Origin: Candidatus Hadarchaeota archaeon
GTDB taxonomy: Archaea; Hadarchaeota; Hadarchaeia; Hadarchaeales; Hadarchaeaceae
Assembly (NCBI GenBank): GCA_964514965.1
Contig: CAZETV010000001.1
Coordinates: 420,001-452,000, forward strand
Length of the DNA: 32,000 nt
Reading direction: 5' to 3'
Each line of letters begins with the position of its first letter. Positions within the stretch are counted from its first letter, which is position 1. Below, piece after piece: positions 24,332-30,993 of this stretch. A program made the position numbers and the translations under genes. The notes under the pieces are model-generated. The model made no database searches. It saw only the letters and a list, made by a program, of their open reading frames with translations, and was not told the DNA's origin.

Positions 24332-25468
24332 CTACAAGGACTCCAGCCCGAGGTCGATGGGCTCGCCCTCTCGTGGGGGCTGCTCACCTGGACCAAGTAC
24401 GTACGGTGAGTGGACCCCAGAGAGTACAACCATGACCCGCACCGAGTTTTTCATGTCTTCAGAGATTTGCGCGCCCCAGATGACTTGGGCTTCGGGGTCA
24501 AGGGATTCGGAAATGTAAGAGACTATTCGCTCTGCTTCCTCAAGCGTCATGTCTGGGCTCCCAACTACGTTCACAAGCACTCCTCTTGCCCCAGTTATAT
24601 CTACATCTAGAAGCGGGCTGTTCAACGCTTCTTCGACAGCCTCCTTAGCGCGGTTTTCTGTGTCCGATTCACCTATGCCTAGCATCGCCACTCCGCCGTC
24701 CTGCAAAACAGTGCGTACATCAGCAAAATCAAGGTTGATGAGCCCGGGCTTCGTGATCATCTCAGTTATTCCCTTTATCGCGTCCATCAGGAGTTGATCA
24801 GCTACCTTAAATGCCGCCCCAATAGCAATATCTGGCGCAAGCTGGAGCAACTTGTCGTTAGGGATCACAACCACAGTGTCTACGACTTCACGAAGGCGCA
24901 TGAGCCCCTGCTCGGCGTTCACTCTCCTGCGCGTTCCCTCAACGGAAAAGGGCAGGGTCACAACGCCCACAGTTAGCGCCCCGAGTTTTTTTGCAATCTC
25001 GCCCACAACGGGTACCGAACCGGTTCCAGTCCCTCCACCTAAGCCGCAGGTCACGAATACCATATCGGCTCCATAGATGTGATCCTTCAGAATTGTTTCG
25101 TCCTCCCTCGCGGCAGCTTCTCCTTTCTTCGGATCATTACCCGCGCCGAGACCGCTCGTTATTTCGCGCCCTATGAGAATTTTTCGATCGGCGGCTGTGT
25201 AGAGCAAATCTTGAGCATCGGTGTTGAGGGCTATCGTGTCGACGCCTTCGATACCAATTCCCATCATACGGGAGAGAGTGTTACAGCCTGCACCACCACA
25301 GCCAACAACGACAATACGGGCTCGTGCCTCCTGCAAAGCCCGTTCGAGTTCCTCGTTAGTAACCGTGGGAACTGCCTTGGACACTTTAGCTCTAGCAACA
25401 GAAATCCCCGGCTTCGAAAGTTCAAATCCTGTTTCTGGAGAGAACACAGCCGATTCAGTCTTCTGCAA
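24332..25468 (-). CDS. ftsZ: Cell division GTPase FtsZ
   Basis: VVGCGGAGCN, the tubulin signature GLGGGTGTGS, NTDAQ, and a C-terminal peptide PIDLGLESL. The start (TTG 25468) is uncertain. Confidence 0.95.
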   Translation of the reverse strand: MQKTESAVFSPETGFELSKPGISVARAKVSKAVPTVTNEELERALQEARARIVVVGCGGAGCNTLSRMMGIGIEGVDTIALNTDAQDLLYTAADRKILIGREITSGLGAGNDPKKGEAAAREDETILKDHIYGADMVFVTCGLGGGTGTGSVPVVGEIAKKLGALTVGVVTLPFSVEGTRRRVNAEQGLMRLREVVDTVVVIPNDKLLQLAPDIAIGAAFKVADQLLMDAIKGITEMITKPGLINLDFADVRTVLQDGGVAMLGIGESDTENRAKEAVEEALNSPLLDVDITGARGVLVNVVGSPDMTLEEAERIVSYISESLDPEAQVIWGAQISEDMKNSVRVMVVLSGVHSPYVLGPGEQPPREGEPIDLGLESL

Positions 25469-25516
25469 TTTAAATCCCCCTTGTTACCTGCGTTGGCAAA
25501 TTTCTCCCAAGTTAAT

Positions 25517-26308
25517 TTAAACCTTTTCCCAACTGAGGATTTCCCGCGTGCGTATCGATTGAATGCCCCGCCTTTCAGCAGCCCGCCTGGAGATCTGACG
25601 TTGCTCACTGCTCATGCCCTTCCAGTCAAGTGCTAACAGTTCTACACCTCCTCGAGTACGAACGATTGCTCGCTCAATCAGGTTTTCATCAATGCTCGCG
25701 TACTTTGGGAGAATGTGGCCCACCCCAATTTCGGTGCGCAAGGTCACATTAGTGTGGTGTGGGGCATAGTGAGGTCCGCCGAGCCCTATAGCATGACGAC
25801 ATTTTATCAGTGAAGTCGCTGCAACCATGATTGCTCGGGCAACAGCCCCACCCGCTTTTTTATCGTGCCACTGCTCGGATGAGCTGCCGATCTCCACGAA
25901 CGTCACCGGAACATCGATCCTAGTCGGACCGTGGTGGGTGGCCTCGAGAGAGACACCGTATTTCAATCCAAACTTATCGCGCATTTCCACAAGAGTCCTG
26001 AGTGCGTTTTTTACCGTTGAGGGGGAGGCTTCTGCGAGTCTCATCTTTTCAATCTCACCCGGCACATGCACGGTAAGAGTTGGGATACCTGACTCGCTCA
26101 CATGTCGGGAAGCAACGATGACTTCTTCCGCCCCCATAGGCAGCTCGGTGATTTGGGTCACCTCACCGGGGATTGTAATTAGTGTAACATTTCCGTGCAC
26201 ATATGCGTTCGTCAAACTCGGTGATTTCTTAAAGTCGTAACCTTTCAGCATCTGCATGGCGATATTTTTGGCGGCCGGGTCTTCGGTAGAGGCGAGGACG
26301 AACTTCAT
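25517..26308 (-). CDS. dtdA: D-aminoacyl-tRNA deacylase, archaeal DTD2 type
   Basis: EATHHGPT, GLGGPHYAP, GHILPKYA and LDWKG motifs as I recall them from archaeal DTD2. About 263 aa. Confidence 0.8.
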   Translation of the reverse strand: MKFVLASTEDPAAKNIAMQMLKGYDFKKSPSLTNAYVHGNVTLITIPGEVTQITELPMGAEEVIVASRHVSESGIPTLTVHVPGEIEKMRLAEASPSTVKNALRTLVEMRDKFGLKYGVSLEATHHGPTRIDVPVTFVEIGSSSEQWHDKKAGGAVARAIMVAATSLIKCRHAIGLGGPHYAPHHTNVTLRTEIGVGHILPKYASIDENLIERAIVRTRGGVELLALDWKGMSSEQRQISRRAAERRGIQSIRTREILSWEKV

Positions 26309-26371
26309 AGGATTACCTAGATTTCACAGCTTGACCTTGTTGAACGATACTTGTGCTGATAGCAAAAAAGG

Positions 26372-26447
26372 TGGTGGGCCCGCCGAGATTCGAACTCGGG
26401 AACTTCGCCATGTCAAGGCGACGTCATAACCACTAGACCACGGGCCC
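26372..26447 (-). tRNA. tRNA-Val (anticodon GAC), CCA encoded, no intron
   Basis: Minus strand: GGGCCCG-TG-GTCT..GAC-G-TCGCC-TTGACAT-GGCGA-AAGTT-CCGAG-TTCGAAT-CTCGG-CGGGCCC-A-CCA. All four arms fold. 76 nt. Confidence 0.9.
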
Positions 26448-26471
26448 CAAAATGAATTTGAGTTGAGTTAG

Positions 26472-26479
26472 TATAAATC
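26472..26479 (-). promoter_or_regulatory. Putative archaeal TATA box for tRNA-Val
   Basis: The minus strand reads GGATTTATAC. TTTATA lies at -30 to -25 relative to tRNA nucleotide 1. Confidence 0.4.
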
Positions 26480-26494
26480 CTCCACAGTTCAAAA

Positions 26495-26507
26495 GTGGTG
26501 GACCGGG
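26495..26507. repeat. Direct-repeat copy (GTGGTGGACCGGG) of the tRNA-Ala 3' end; candidate distal att site
   Basis: This is an exact 13/13 match in the same orientation to 29311-29323. It sits at the left edge of the AT-rich segment. Confidence 0.5.
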
Positions 26508-26605
26508 ATAGGTTATCACTCGTGTTTATATCTATCGCTTTTCCATTGCAATTTTCGAGCAAGAATTGAGCAGGTTTTTTGCTTGAAATCCGAGAACCAT
26601 TGTAG

Positions 26606-26896
26606 CATCACCATGCTCTGTCTCAACATCATTTAAAAAAAGGAATAGGTAGGAAAGTTATACGTGAAAGTGTAAGAAAAGTTATTCTAGATTTTGAAAG
26701 AAAATCAATTTCCGTATCGGAACTAACGAAGAAATTTATCTTTAATGTTGCAAGAAGAAAATTTTCAGAAGTTAATGTTGAGGAGATCCAGAAATTTTTG
26801 TCTCAGAAAATAAGCGAACTCAACCAATCAATGAAAAATTTCGAAGAAATGCCGAAGAAAGTTGATGGTAAACAAACTCGCGATAGACCTCTATAA
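26606..26896 (+). pseudogene. 96-codon open frame with no canonical start near its 5' end (possible gene remnant or non-canonical start)
   Basis: The frame is open from the TAG at 26603-26605 to the TAA at 26894-26896. It encodes ...KKGIGRKVIRESVRKVILDFERKSISVSELTKKFIFNVARRKFSEVNVEEIQKFLSQKISELNQSMKNFEEMPKKVDGKQTRDRPL. The first ATG/GTG/TTG in frame is the TTG at 26798. Confidence 0.25.
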
Positions 26897-26982
26897 AGAC
26901 GAGAGAGCCGTTCTTAGACTTTTGGCAACCTCTTTTCCGTTAAATTCATAACACGATAACACGCAAAGTTGTAAAGAAAAGC

Positions 26983-27708
26983 ATGCCGGCGATTATAAAA
27001 TTTAATGGGAGCGACTACGATATCTCAAGTCTTTCTGGAATAGATTATGGAGAGAAATGTCTCGGTGACCATAAGAACATTTGGTCTGTTGGTTGCACTT
27101 ATGGAGTAACTTTGGGCCAGAGTGCGAGCGGCTGGAGTAAATTCCTAAAGACAGGCAACCCATTTGCAGACCCGTGTATCCGAAATTGTGGTATATGGAA
27201 CAAAAAACATACGCTGTCGACGCCTTCTCTTCCCCCATCGCCGCCTTCGCCTCCTCCATCTAATGAGTGTCCAAAAGGCTACTACAAAACAAGGAAAGAA
27301 GCCGTTATGCGTGTGAGAAAAACCGTGATGCCAGGGGAATGTTTTGTATGGGGGGATGGTCAAGGTAAGTGTCTTTGGAGAGTAATCCCAGGCACTGGCT
27401 GCGCCCACTGGGTATCTCACCAACTTAATTTAAAAGGAGGACGTCCTGGGAATAACGGATGCTATAAAGAATTCTTAATACGAGTGAATGATATCATCCA
27501 ACCGAGAAGAAGAATAGAATTTAAAAAGACAAAAGTTGGTAACCTCTGGACAAATGAGCGTAATAGTCATATTGGTATTATTCGTGATGTAAAAACGAAT
27601 GATAAAGGAGTAGTTGGGGTGCTGGTTGAACACGACTCTGACAGTATAAGTGAGAAAGGGAGAGGTGTTGTTAAAAATTGGTTTAAATGCGGAAATATCT
27701 ATAGGTAA
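26983..27708 (+). CDS. Cys-rich orphan protein: N-terminal domain, Pro/Ser linker, C-terminal CHAP/NlpC-P60-like (papain-fold) candidate domain
   Basis: The ORF is 241 aa with 10 Cys. The linker STPSLPPSPPSPPPS spans aa 79-93. The C-terminal pattern is GTGC(140)AHWVSHQL...KVGNLW...SH(196)IGIIRDV...VLVEH(217)D(218)SD, which resembles the CHAP order Cys...GD.....H.g.v.....v.E.N. I see no signal peptide or TM segment. Confidence 0.55.
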   Translation: MPAIIKFNGSDYDISSLSGIDYGEKCLGDHKNIWSVGCTYGVTLGQSASGWSKFLKTGNPFADPCIRNCGIWNKKHTLSTPSLPPSPPSPPPSNECPKGYYKTRKEAVMRVRKTVMPGECFVWGDGQGKCLWRVIPGTGCAHWVSHQLNLKGGRPGNNGCYKEFLIRVNDIIQPRRRIEFKKTKVGNLWTNERNSHIGIIRDVKTNDKGVVGVLVEHDSDSISEKGRGVVKNWFKCGNIYR

Positions 27709-27899
27709 TAACAATGATTGAATCACATTTAATACACTCACATTTGATTTACCTTACCGCAAGATTCGCCCTGCCTCACAAGAGGAGTTCCTGCCACCTA
27801 CACGATACCCGTATGCACCTCAATGAATACCTCGCGAACAGTCCCAATCCTGCCTGAATGAGGGATCTGATGAAAATATAGGAGGAGGAATTCTAAGTT

Positions 27900-28901
27900 A
27901 TGGAAAAGTTCACCCTATTAGAAGGTGACGAAAAAATAAGGGTGGGAAATAACACTTGGGCTGAGATAGTTTTGGAGGACGATTCAAAAGTCAAGGCATA
28001 TTCAAACACTGAACTTTTTCTAAAAAAGATTGAGGAAAAACTTCCGGGAGGGACGCGTCTTAAAAAATTTGCGTTATCGATATTTTCTGGAAAAATTATG
28101 TCCTCTGTAAAAGGACTTTCCAAAGTTTACGTAAATACTAGCGGTTGTGTGGCAAGAGTCGAGGGCGTAGTTTTAGTACGGGTTACAGACGGAACAACTC
28201 TCATTGCAGTTCTAAACGGCATATCCAAGGTGACAGACAGCGAAAGCAAATACACGGTTGTCTTGCCACCGGGTCACCAAGTTACGGTGTCACCACAAAT
28301 GCAGTTGCCAAAACCCACAAAAATAGAGGATGAACTTCTGAATGAGTTAAACATGGGAGAAAGAGAAATAGAAAAAATAGAAAGTTTCGAACAGGCGAGG
28401 CGAAAGATGCTACAAAGTTTACCGTTCCATCACCCCCTAGTGATTAAAGAGAAATTTAAAAGCGAGATGGCTAAGCCAGAATGGCAGAAGGTGATGAGAA
28501 AAATTGAGGGAATCAAAAAAAATGTGGGAAAATCAGTTGACTACCACAGCATCGAATTCAACATCGCCACGGCGGAGATAAGAAAGGAATACAAAAACCG
28601 CAGAGGGTCAGAAAACAAAGCGTTTTTAATTCTAAAAATCGGCGCAAAAAACAATTCTTCTGAACAAATTTTTGTTTTTTATCAGGAGGAAGTGAGATTA
28701 ATTAGCGAAGCGGGAAAGACAATTCCTCTGGAAGATTACAAAATGGAAACGAGTTTTGACCCAAAGGCTGAAAGAGACGGATATCTCCTTTTTGTAATTC
28801 CTGAAGAAAACACCAAGTTCAAGCTCCAATTTGGTAAAAAAAGTTTGCCAAAGGTCGAGTTGGAGTTGGATTTAGTTGAAAAGGGAAAGAGGGATGTATA
28901 G
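27900..28901 (+). CDS. Orphan protein with FecR-like N-terminal domain and DUF4352-like beta-sandwich C-terminus (tentative)
   Basis: The SD AGGAGGAGG (27879-27887) lies 12 nt upstream of the ATG. The N-terminus AEIVLEDDSKVKAYSNTELFL...SGKIMSSV...VNTSGCVARVEGVVLVRVTDGTTLIAVLNGISKV...VVLPPGHQVTV resembles the FecR domain pattern. The C-terminus FLILKIGAKNNSSEQIFVF...VRLISEAGKTIPL...ERDGYLLFVIPEENTKFKLQF resembles DUF4352. No signal peptide is seen. Confidence 0.5.
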   Translation: MEKFTLLEGDEKIRVGNNTWAEIVLEDDSKVKAYSNTELFLKKIEEKLPGGTRLKKFALSIFSGKIMSSVKGLSKVYVNTSGCVARVEGVVLVRVTDGTTLIAVLNGISKVTDSESKYTVVLPPGHQVTVSPQMQLPKPTKIEDELLNELNMGEREIEKIESFEQARRKMLQSLPFHHPLVIKEKFKSEMAKPEWQKVMRKIEGIKKNVGKSVDYHSIEFNIATAEIRKEYKNRRGSENKAFLILKIGAKNNSSEQIFVFYQEEVRLISEAGKTIPLEDYKMETSFDPKAERDGYLLFVIPEENTKFKLQFGKKSLPKVELELDLVEKGKRDV

Positions 28902-29271
28902 ATTCATTAGAACATAAATAACAGACAGGGCAACGGTAAAAGTAATTGAACACTATCTACTGACACCAACATATCGTCAGAAAAACAGTACCACTGGTGA
29001 AAAACGAGTTTCATTTCTTTCTCGATAACGATCCCAGCCCATTTTACCGCAAAAAATTATTTCAAACCCCCGCGGAGGTTACCGTTCAATCCAAGCCTCC
29101 ACCTATTTGAGTGCAGACTCCGTCCGCCAGTGAGCCGATAATCGCGTCCTAGGTCAGAGCCTCCCCCACCAAACTTCCATCAGCTCATTTTTGCCATGCG
29201 ATAGATATAAACTTAGCTGGGAATTAAAATCTCGCGCAAAAATAAAGCAGTATTTAGGCAAGGAATTTAGC

Positions 29272-29294
29272 AAAAAAGAGCAAGAATCTTGCTC
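29272..29294 (-). terminator. Hairpin plus T6 tract downstream of tRNA-Ala
   Basis: The minus strand reads GAGCAAG-ATT-CTTGCTC followed by TTTTTT. The 7-bp perfect stem is 29294-29288 / 29284-29278 and the T-run is 29277-29272. Confidence 0.5.
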
Positions 29295-29310
29295 AGATAG
29301 CATATTTTTG

Positions 29311-29323
29311 GTGGTGGACCGGG
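29311..29323. repeat. Direct-repeat copy (GTGGTGGACCGGG) overlapping the tRNA-Ala 3' end; candidate proximal att site
   Basis: It covers the 3' acceptor strand, the discriminator, CCA and one further nucleotide of tRNA-Ala. It is identical to 26495-26507. Confidence 0.5.
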
Positions 29324-29441
29324 CGGGATTTGAACCCGCGACCTCCCGCAATTTGGATGGATTTTACAATTTGCCAAGCGGACGATCATTCTGTTGACGG
29401 GGAGACATTTCCCCTTCATTTCCAGGCTGATCCACCGGCCC
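29312..29441 (-). tRNA. tRNA-Ala (anticodon GGC) with two insertions: a canonical 21-nt intron at 37/38 and a ~31-33-nt insert in the D-loop. CCA is encoded.
   Basis: Minus strand: GGGCCGG-TG-GATC-AGCCTGGA[..GAAGGGGAAATGTCTCCCCGTC..]-GATC-G-TCCGC-TTGGCA[AATTGTAAAATCCATCCAAAT]T-GCGGG-AGGTC-GCGGG-TTCAAAT-CCCGC-CCGGTCC-A-CCA. The G3:U70 pair is the Ala identity element. The anticodon-side intron (29351-29371) folds as bulge-helix-bulge: TTGG/CCAA is the 4-bp helix, flanked by the 3-nt bulges CAA and ATT. The total is 130 nt against ~76-78 nt mature. Confidence 0.8.
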
Positions 29442-29466
29442 ACCGAGAAATGATGGTCATGCAAGC

Positions 29467-29474
29467 TTAAGAAA
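29467..29474 (-). promoter_or_regulatory. Weak TATA-like element upstream of tRNA-Ala
   Basis: The minus strand reads TTTCTTAA at -33 to -26 relative to tRNA nucleotide 1. It is a poor match to the consensus. Confidence 0.25.
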
Positions 29475-29592
29475 TTTTGTGATTGCCTAAAGTTGCCCCT
29501 GAAAAACTTCATTTACAGGGCGAAAAGTCCAACTAGAGACTAACTATATGGCTTATTCAAAAAAGCACCATGTCTAAACTAGCAAATAACAG

Positions 29593-29787
29593 CTACCTGA
29601 GCCGCAGCCTTTGAACCGTCTTTATCTTCCAATTGTACCGCTTGATACGACGCGAACGCCCGTAGCCACATGCAGCACAAACTCCCCGCTGAACATGGTA
29701 AGCCCGTCTTCCACAACGTCGACAACGAATATGCACGACCTTGTGGCGTTTGCCCATTGATGCAGTGCCTTTGACCATTTCACTCAC
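29593..29787 (-). CDS. rpl37e: 50S ribosomal protein L37e
   Basis: [37 protein letters not shown] is the zinc-ribbon L37e signature. The start is either GTG 29787 (GTGA overlap with the Sm stop) or ATG 29778. Confidence 0.92.
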   Translation of the reverse strand: MSEMVKGTASMGKRHKVVHIRCRRCGRRAYHVQRGVCAACGYGRSRRIKRYNWKIKTVQRLRLR

Positions 29788-30008
29788 TCAGCAGGCGAGA
29801 TGAATATTACGCTGTCTCCCCGGATTATCATCATCCCGTAGCGTTTCACCGTTTCGTTTCCGTGGATTTCATCTGTCTCCTCAAGCACTAAATTGATGTG
29901 CATGTCGAAACCGCTTAGCTTTCCCCTGAATTCCCGGCCGCCCTTGAGTCCAACCAACACCGATGAACCTAGGGCGCGGTTTAGCACATCTAGAGGTCGC
30001 TGCGCCAT
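29784..30008 (-). CDS. Sm-like (LSm) archaeal RNA-binding protein
   Basis: [43 protein letters not shown]...[14 protein letters not shown] contains the Sm1 and Sm2 motifs. The Sm-L37e gene pair is conserved in archaea. ATG at 30008 is preferred to TTG at 30020. Confidence 0.9.
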   Translation of the reverse strand: MAQRPLDVLNRALGSSVLVGLKGGREFRGKLSGFDMHINLVLEETDEIHGNETVKRYGMMIIRGDSVIFISPAE

Positions 30009-30067
30009 GAAAATCACCAATTTCTGTGCTAGCTGCGTATTTAACCTTATCGAACCACTTTAAATTG

Positions 30068-30553
30068 ATGCTGATAAAGCGCCGTTATCACGTTAGAAAA
30101 GCCCTGCTTAAGCAACTTACACAGGAACTCGTCGAAAAGTTTGGCGAAAAAACGGGCGAACTTTTGAAAGGGGCGATCGAAGTGATGGAGCTGGGCGAGG
30201 GCAGGGAAGTCATCTTGGTTAAAAGTAAAGTACTCTTTTTTAGGGTGAGTGATGGAATTTTTCCAACGCTGAACTCACTTGGTCGAATTCCACTAAAGCG
30301 TGTAGTCGTTGATATGGGGGCCGTTCCTCACGTCGCCAACGGAGCTGACATTATGGCCCCGGGTGTAGTTTCATCCGACGAGGAAATTACGCTAGGGGAG
30401 GGCGTGGTAATCGTGGATGAACGGCACAACAAGCCCATCGCGGTCGGAAAATCTCTTGTACCTGGTGCTAAGATGCGAGGTCCGAAGGGTAAGGTGATCA
30501 AGAACCTTCATTACGTGGGCGATGAAATATGGCAGCTTCAAGCAAAGAGTTAA
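30068..30553 (+). CDS. PUA-domain RNA-binding protein (pre-PUA + PUA, MCT-1/Tma20-like)
   Basis: VVVDMGAVPHVANGADIMAPGVVS...GEGVVIVDERHNKPIAVGKSL is the PUA pattern. ATG at 30068 (MLIKRRY) is preferred over GTG at 30026. Confidence 0.8.
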   Translation: MLIKRRYHVRKALLKQLTQELVEKFGEKTGELLKGAIEVMELGEGREVILVKSKVLFFRVSDGIFPTLNSLGRIPLKRVVVDMGAVPHVANGADIMAPGVVSSDEEITLGEGVVIVDERHNKPIAVGKSLVPGAKMRGPKGKVIKNLHYVGDEIWQLQAKS

Positions 30554-30610
30554 ATAGATTGAAATCCACCGACCATTTGTTAGGGTGATTATCTGAAATC
30601 CTTTAAACGA

Positions 30611-30979
30611 TTGTTCGGGGGAAAATCCAAGGTAAAGCCTGAGACGGTCGAGGAAGTACCGATAATGGAAATTGAGGAAAAGACCGTTAGTAGCCCCTCG
30701 AGAGGTGTCAGTGAGCTTGAGCCTATCTACGTCAAGAGTATGGAGCTTCGAAGCCTCGTCGACGTTCAAGAGGTCGCTGACGAACTTCGAACCGGAAACA
30801 TCATGGTCCTCGATATCAGCATGCTTATGAATCAAGACCCTGCTGAACTCAAGCGGGCGATAGACCAGCTAAAAGGAATCTGCCAAGCTATCGGTGGGGA
30901 TGTGGGGCGTCTGACAGAGTCAAAGGTGTTAGCTACTCCAAAGTTCGTCAATATCCAGTTCAAAAGAGCAATTGCATAA
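30611..30979 (+). CDS. sepF: SepF-like cell-division protein (DUF552)
   Basis: YVKSMELRSLVDVQEVADELRTGNIMVLDIS.L...DPAELKRAIDQLKGICQAIGGDVGRLTESKVLATP matches the SepF core pattern (p.sf.D...i.d.l..g..v.l.l......a.R..D.l.G...a..G.......). TTG start. Confidence 0.65.
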   Translation: MFGGKSKVKPETVEEVPIMEIEEKTVSSPSRGVSELEPIYVKSMELRSLVDVQEVADELRTGNIMVLDISMLMNQDPAELKRAIDQLKGICQAIGGDVGRLTESKVLATPKFVNIQFKRAIA

Positions 30980-30993
30980 TTTTTGGTGAATTT

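Larger units (their letters stand above)
26495..29323. mobile_element. Candidate decayed integrated element / genomic islet inserted at the tRNA-Ala 3' end
   Basis: A 13-bp direct repeat bounds the segment and one copy is the tRNA 3' end. GC drops to 28% and 35% in two hand-counted 60-nt lines, against 53% and 60% in single lines from alaS and the GT2 gene. The cargo is orphan genes. No integrase is recognisable. Confidence 0.35.

Noticed and set aside
26557-26566. The 10-nt GAGCAAGAAT is shared between 26557-26566 and the terminator stem at 29278-29287.
   Set aside because: By my own estimate, several hundred 10-mer coincidences are expected by chance in 32 kb. There is no extended similarity.
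26613-26641. A short ATG ORF (MLCLNII*) followed by an A7 run, considered as a programmed or erroneous frameshift that would feed into the start-less frame.
   Set aside because: The stop (26634-26636) precedes most of the A-run, and no slippery heptamer lies upstream of it. An indel in the A-run would not join the frames.
29055-29140. tRNA-like fragment or hairpin (GGAGGTTACCGTTCAATCCAAGCCTCCACC) that might be a second att-associated tRNA remnant.
   Set aside because: The GTTCAATCC only superficially resembles a T-loop. The flanking bases do not form a T stem or an acceptor stem.
29448-29504. Possible C/D-box sRNA: ATGATGG at ~29450 and CTGA at ~29499-29502, about 50 nt apart.
   Set aside because: The C box is imperfect, no convincing internal D'/C' boxes are present, and there is no terminal stem. 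The region is better explained as the tRNA-Ala promoter region.
29154-29512. ORFs 29154-29351 (-), 29191-29397 (+) and 29267-29512 (-), which overlap tRNA-Ala. I also considered that the 65-aa ORF reading through the repeat is an int(N) fragment of an SSV-type integrase split by integration.
   Set aside because: They are explained by the tRNA gene and its flanks. The frame stops ~52 codons past the repeat. On the plus strand, the only open frame that could continue past the left repeat copy (the start-less frame at 26606-26896) is closed by a TAG at 26603-26605. No tyrosine-recombinase motifs (R..H..R..Y) are visible.
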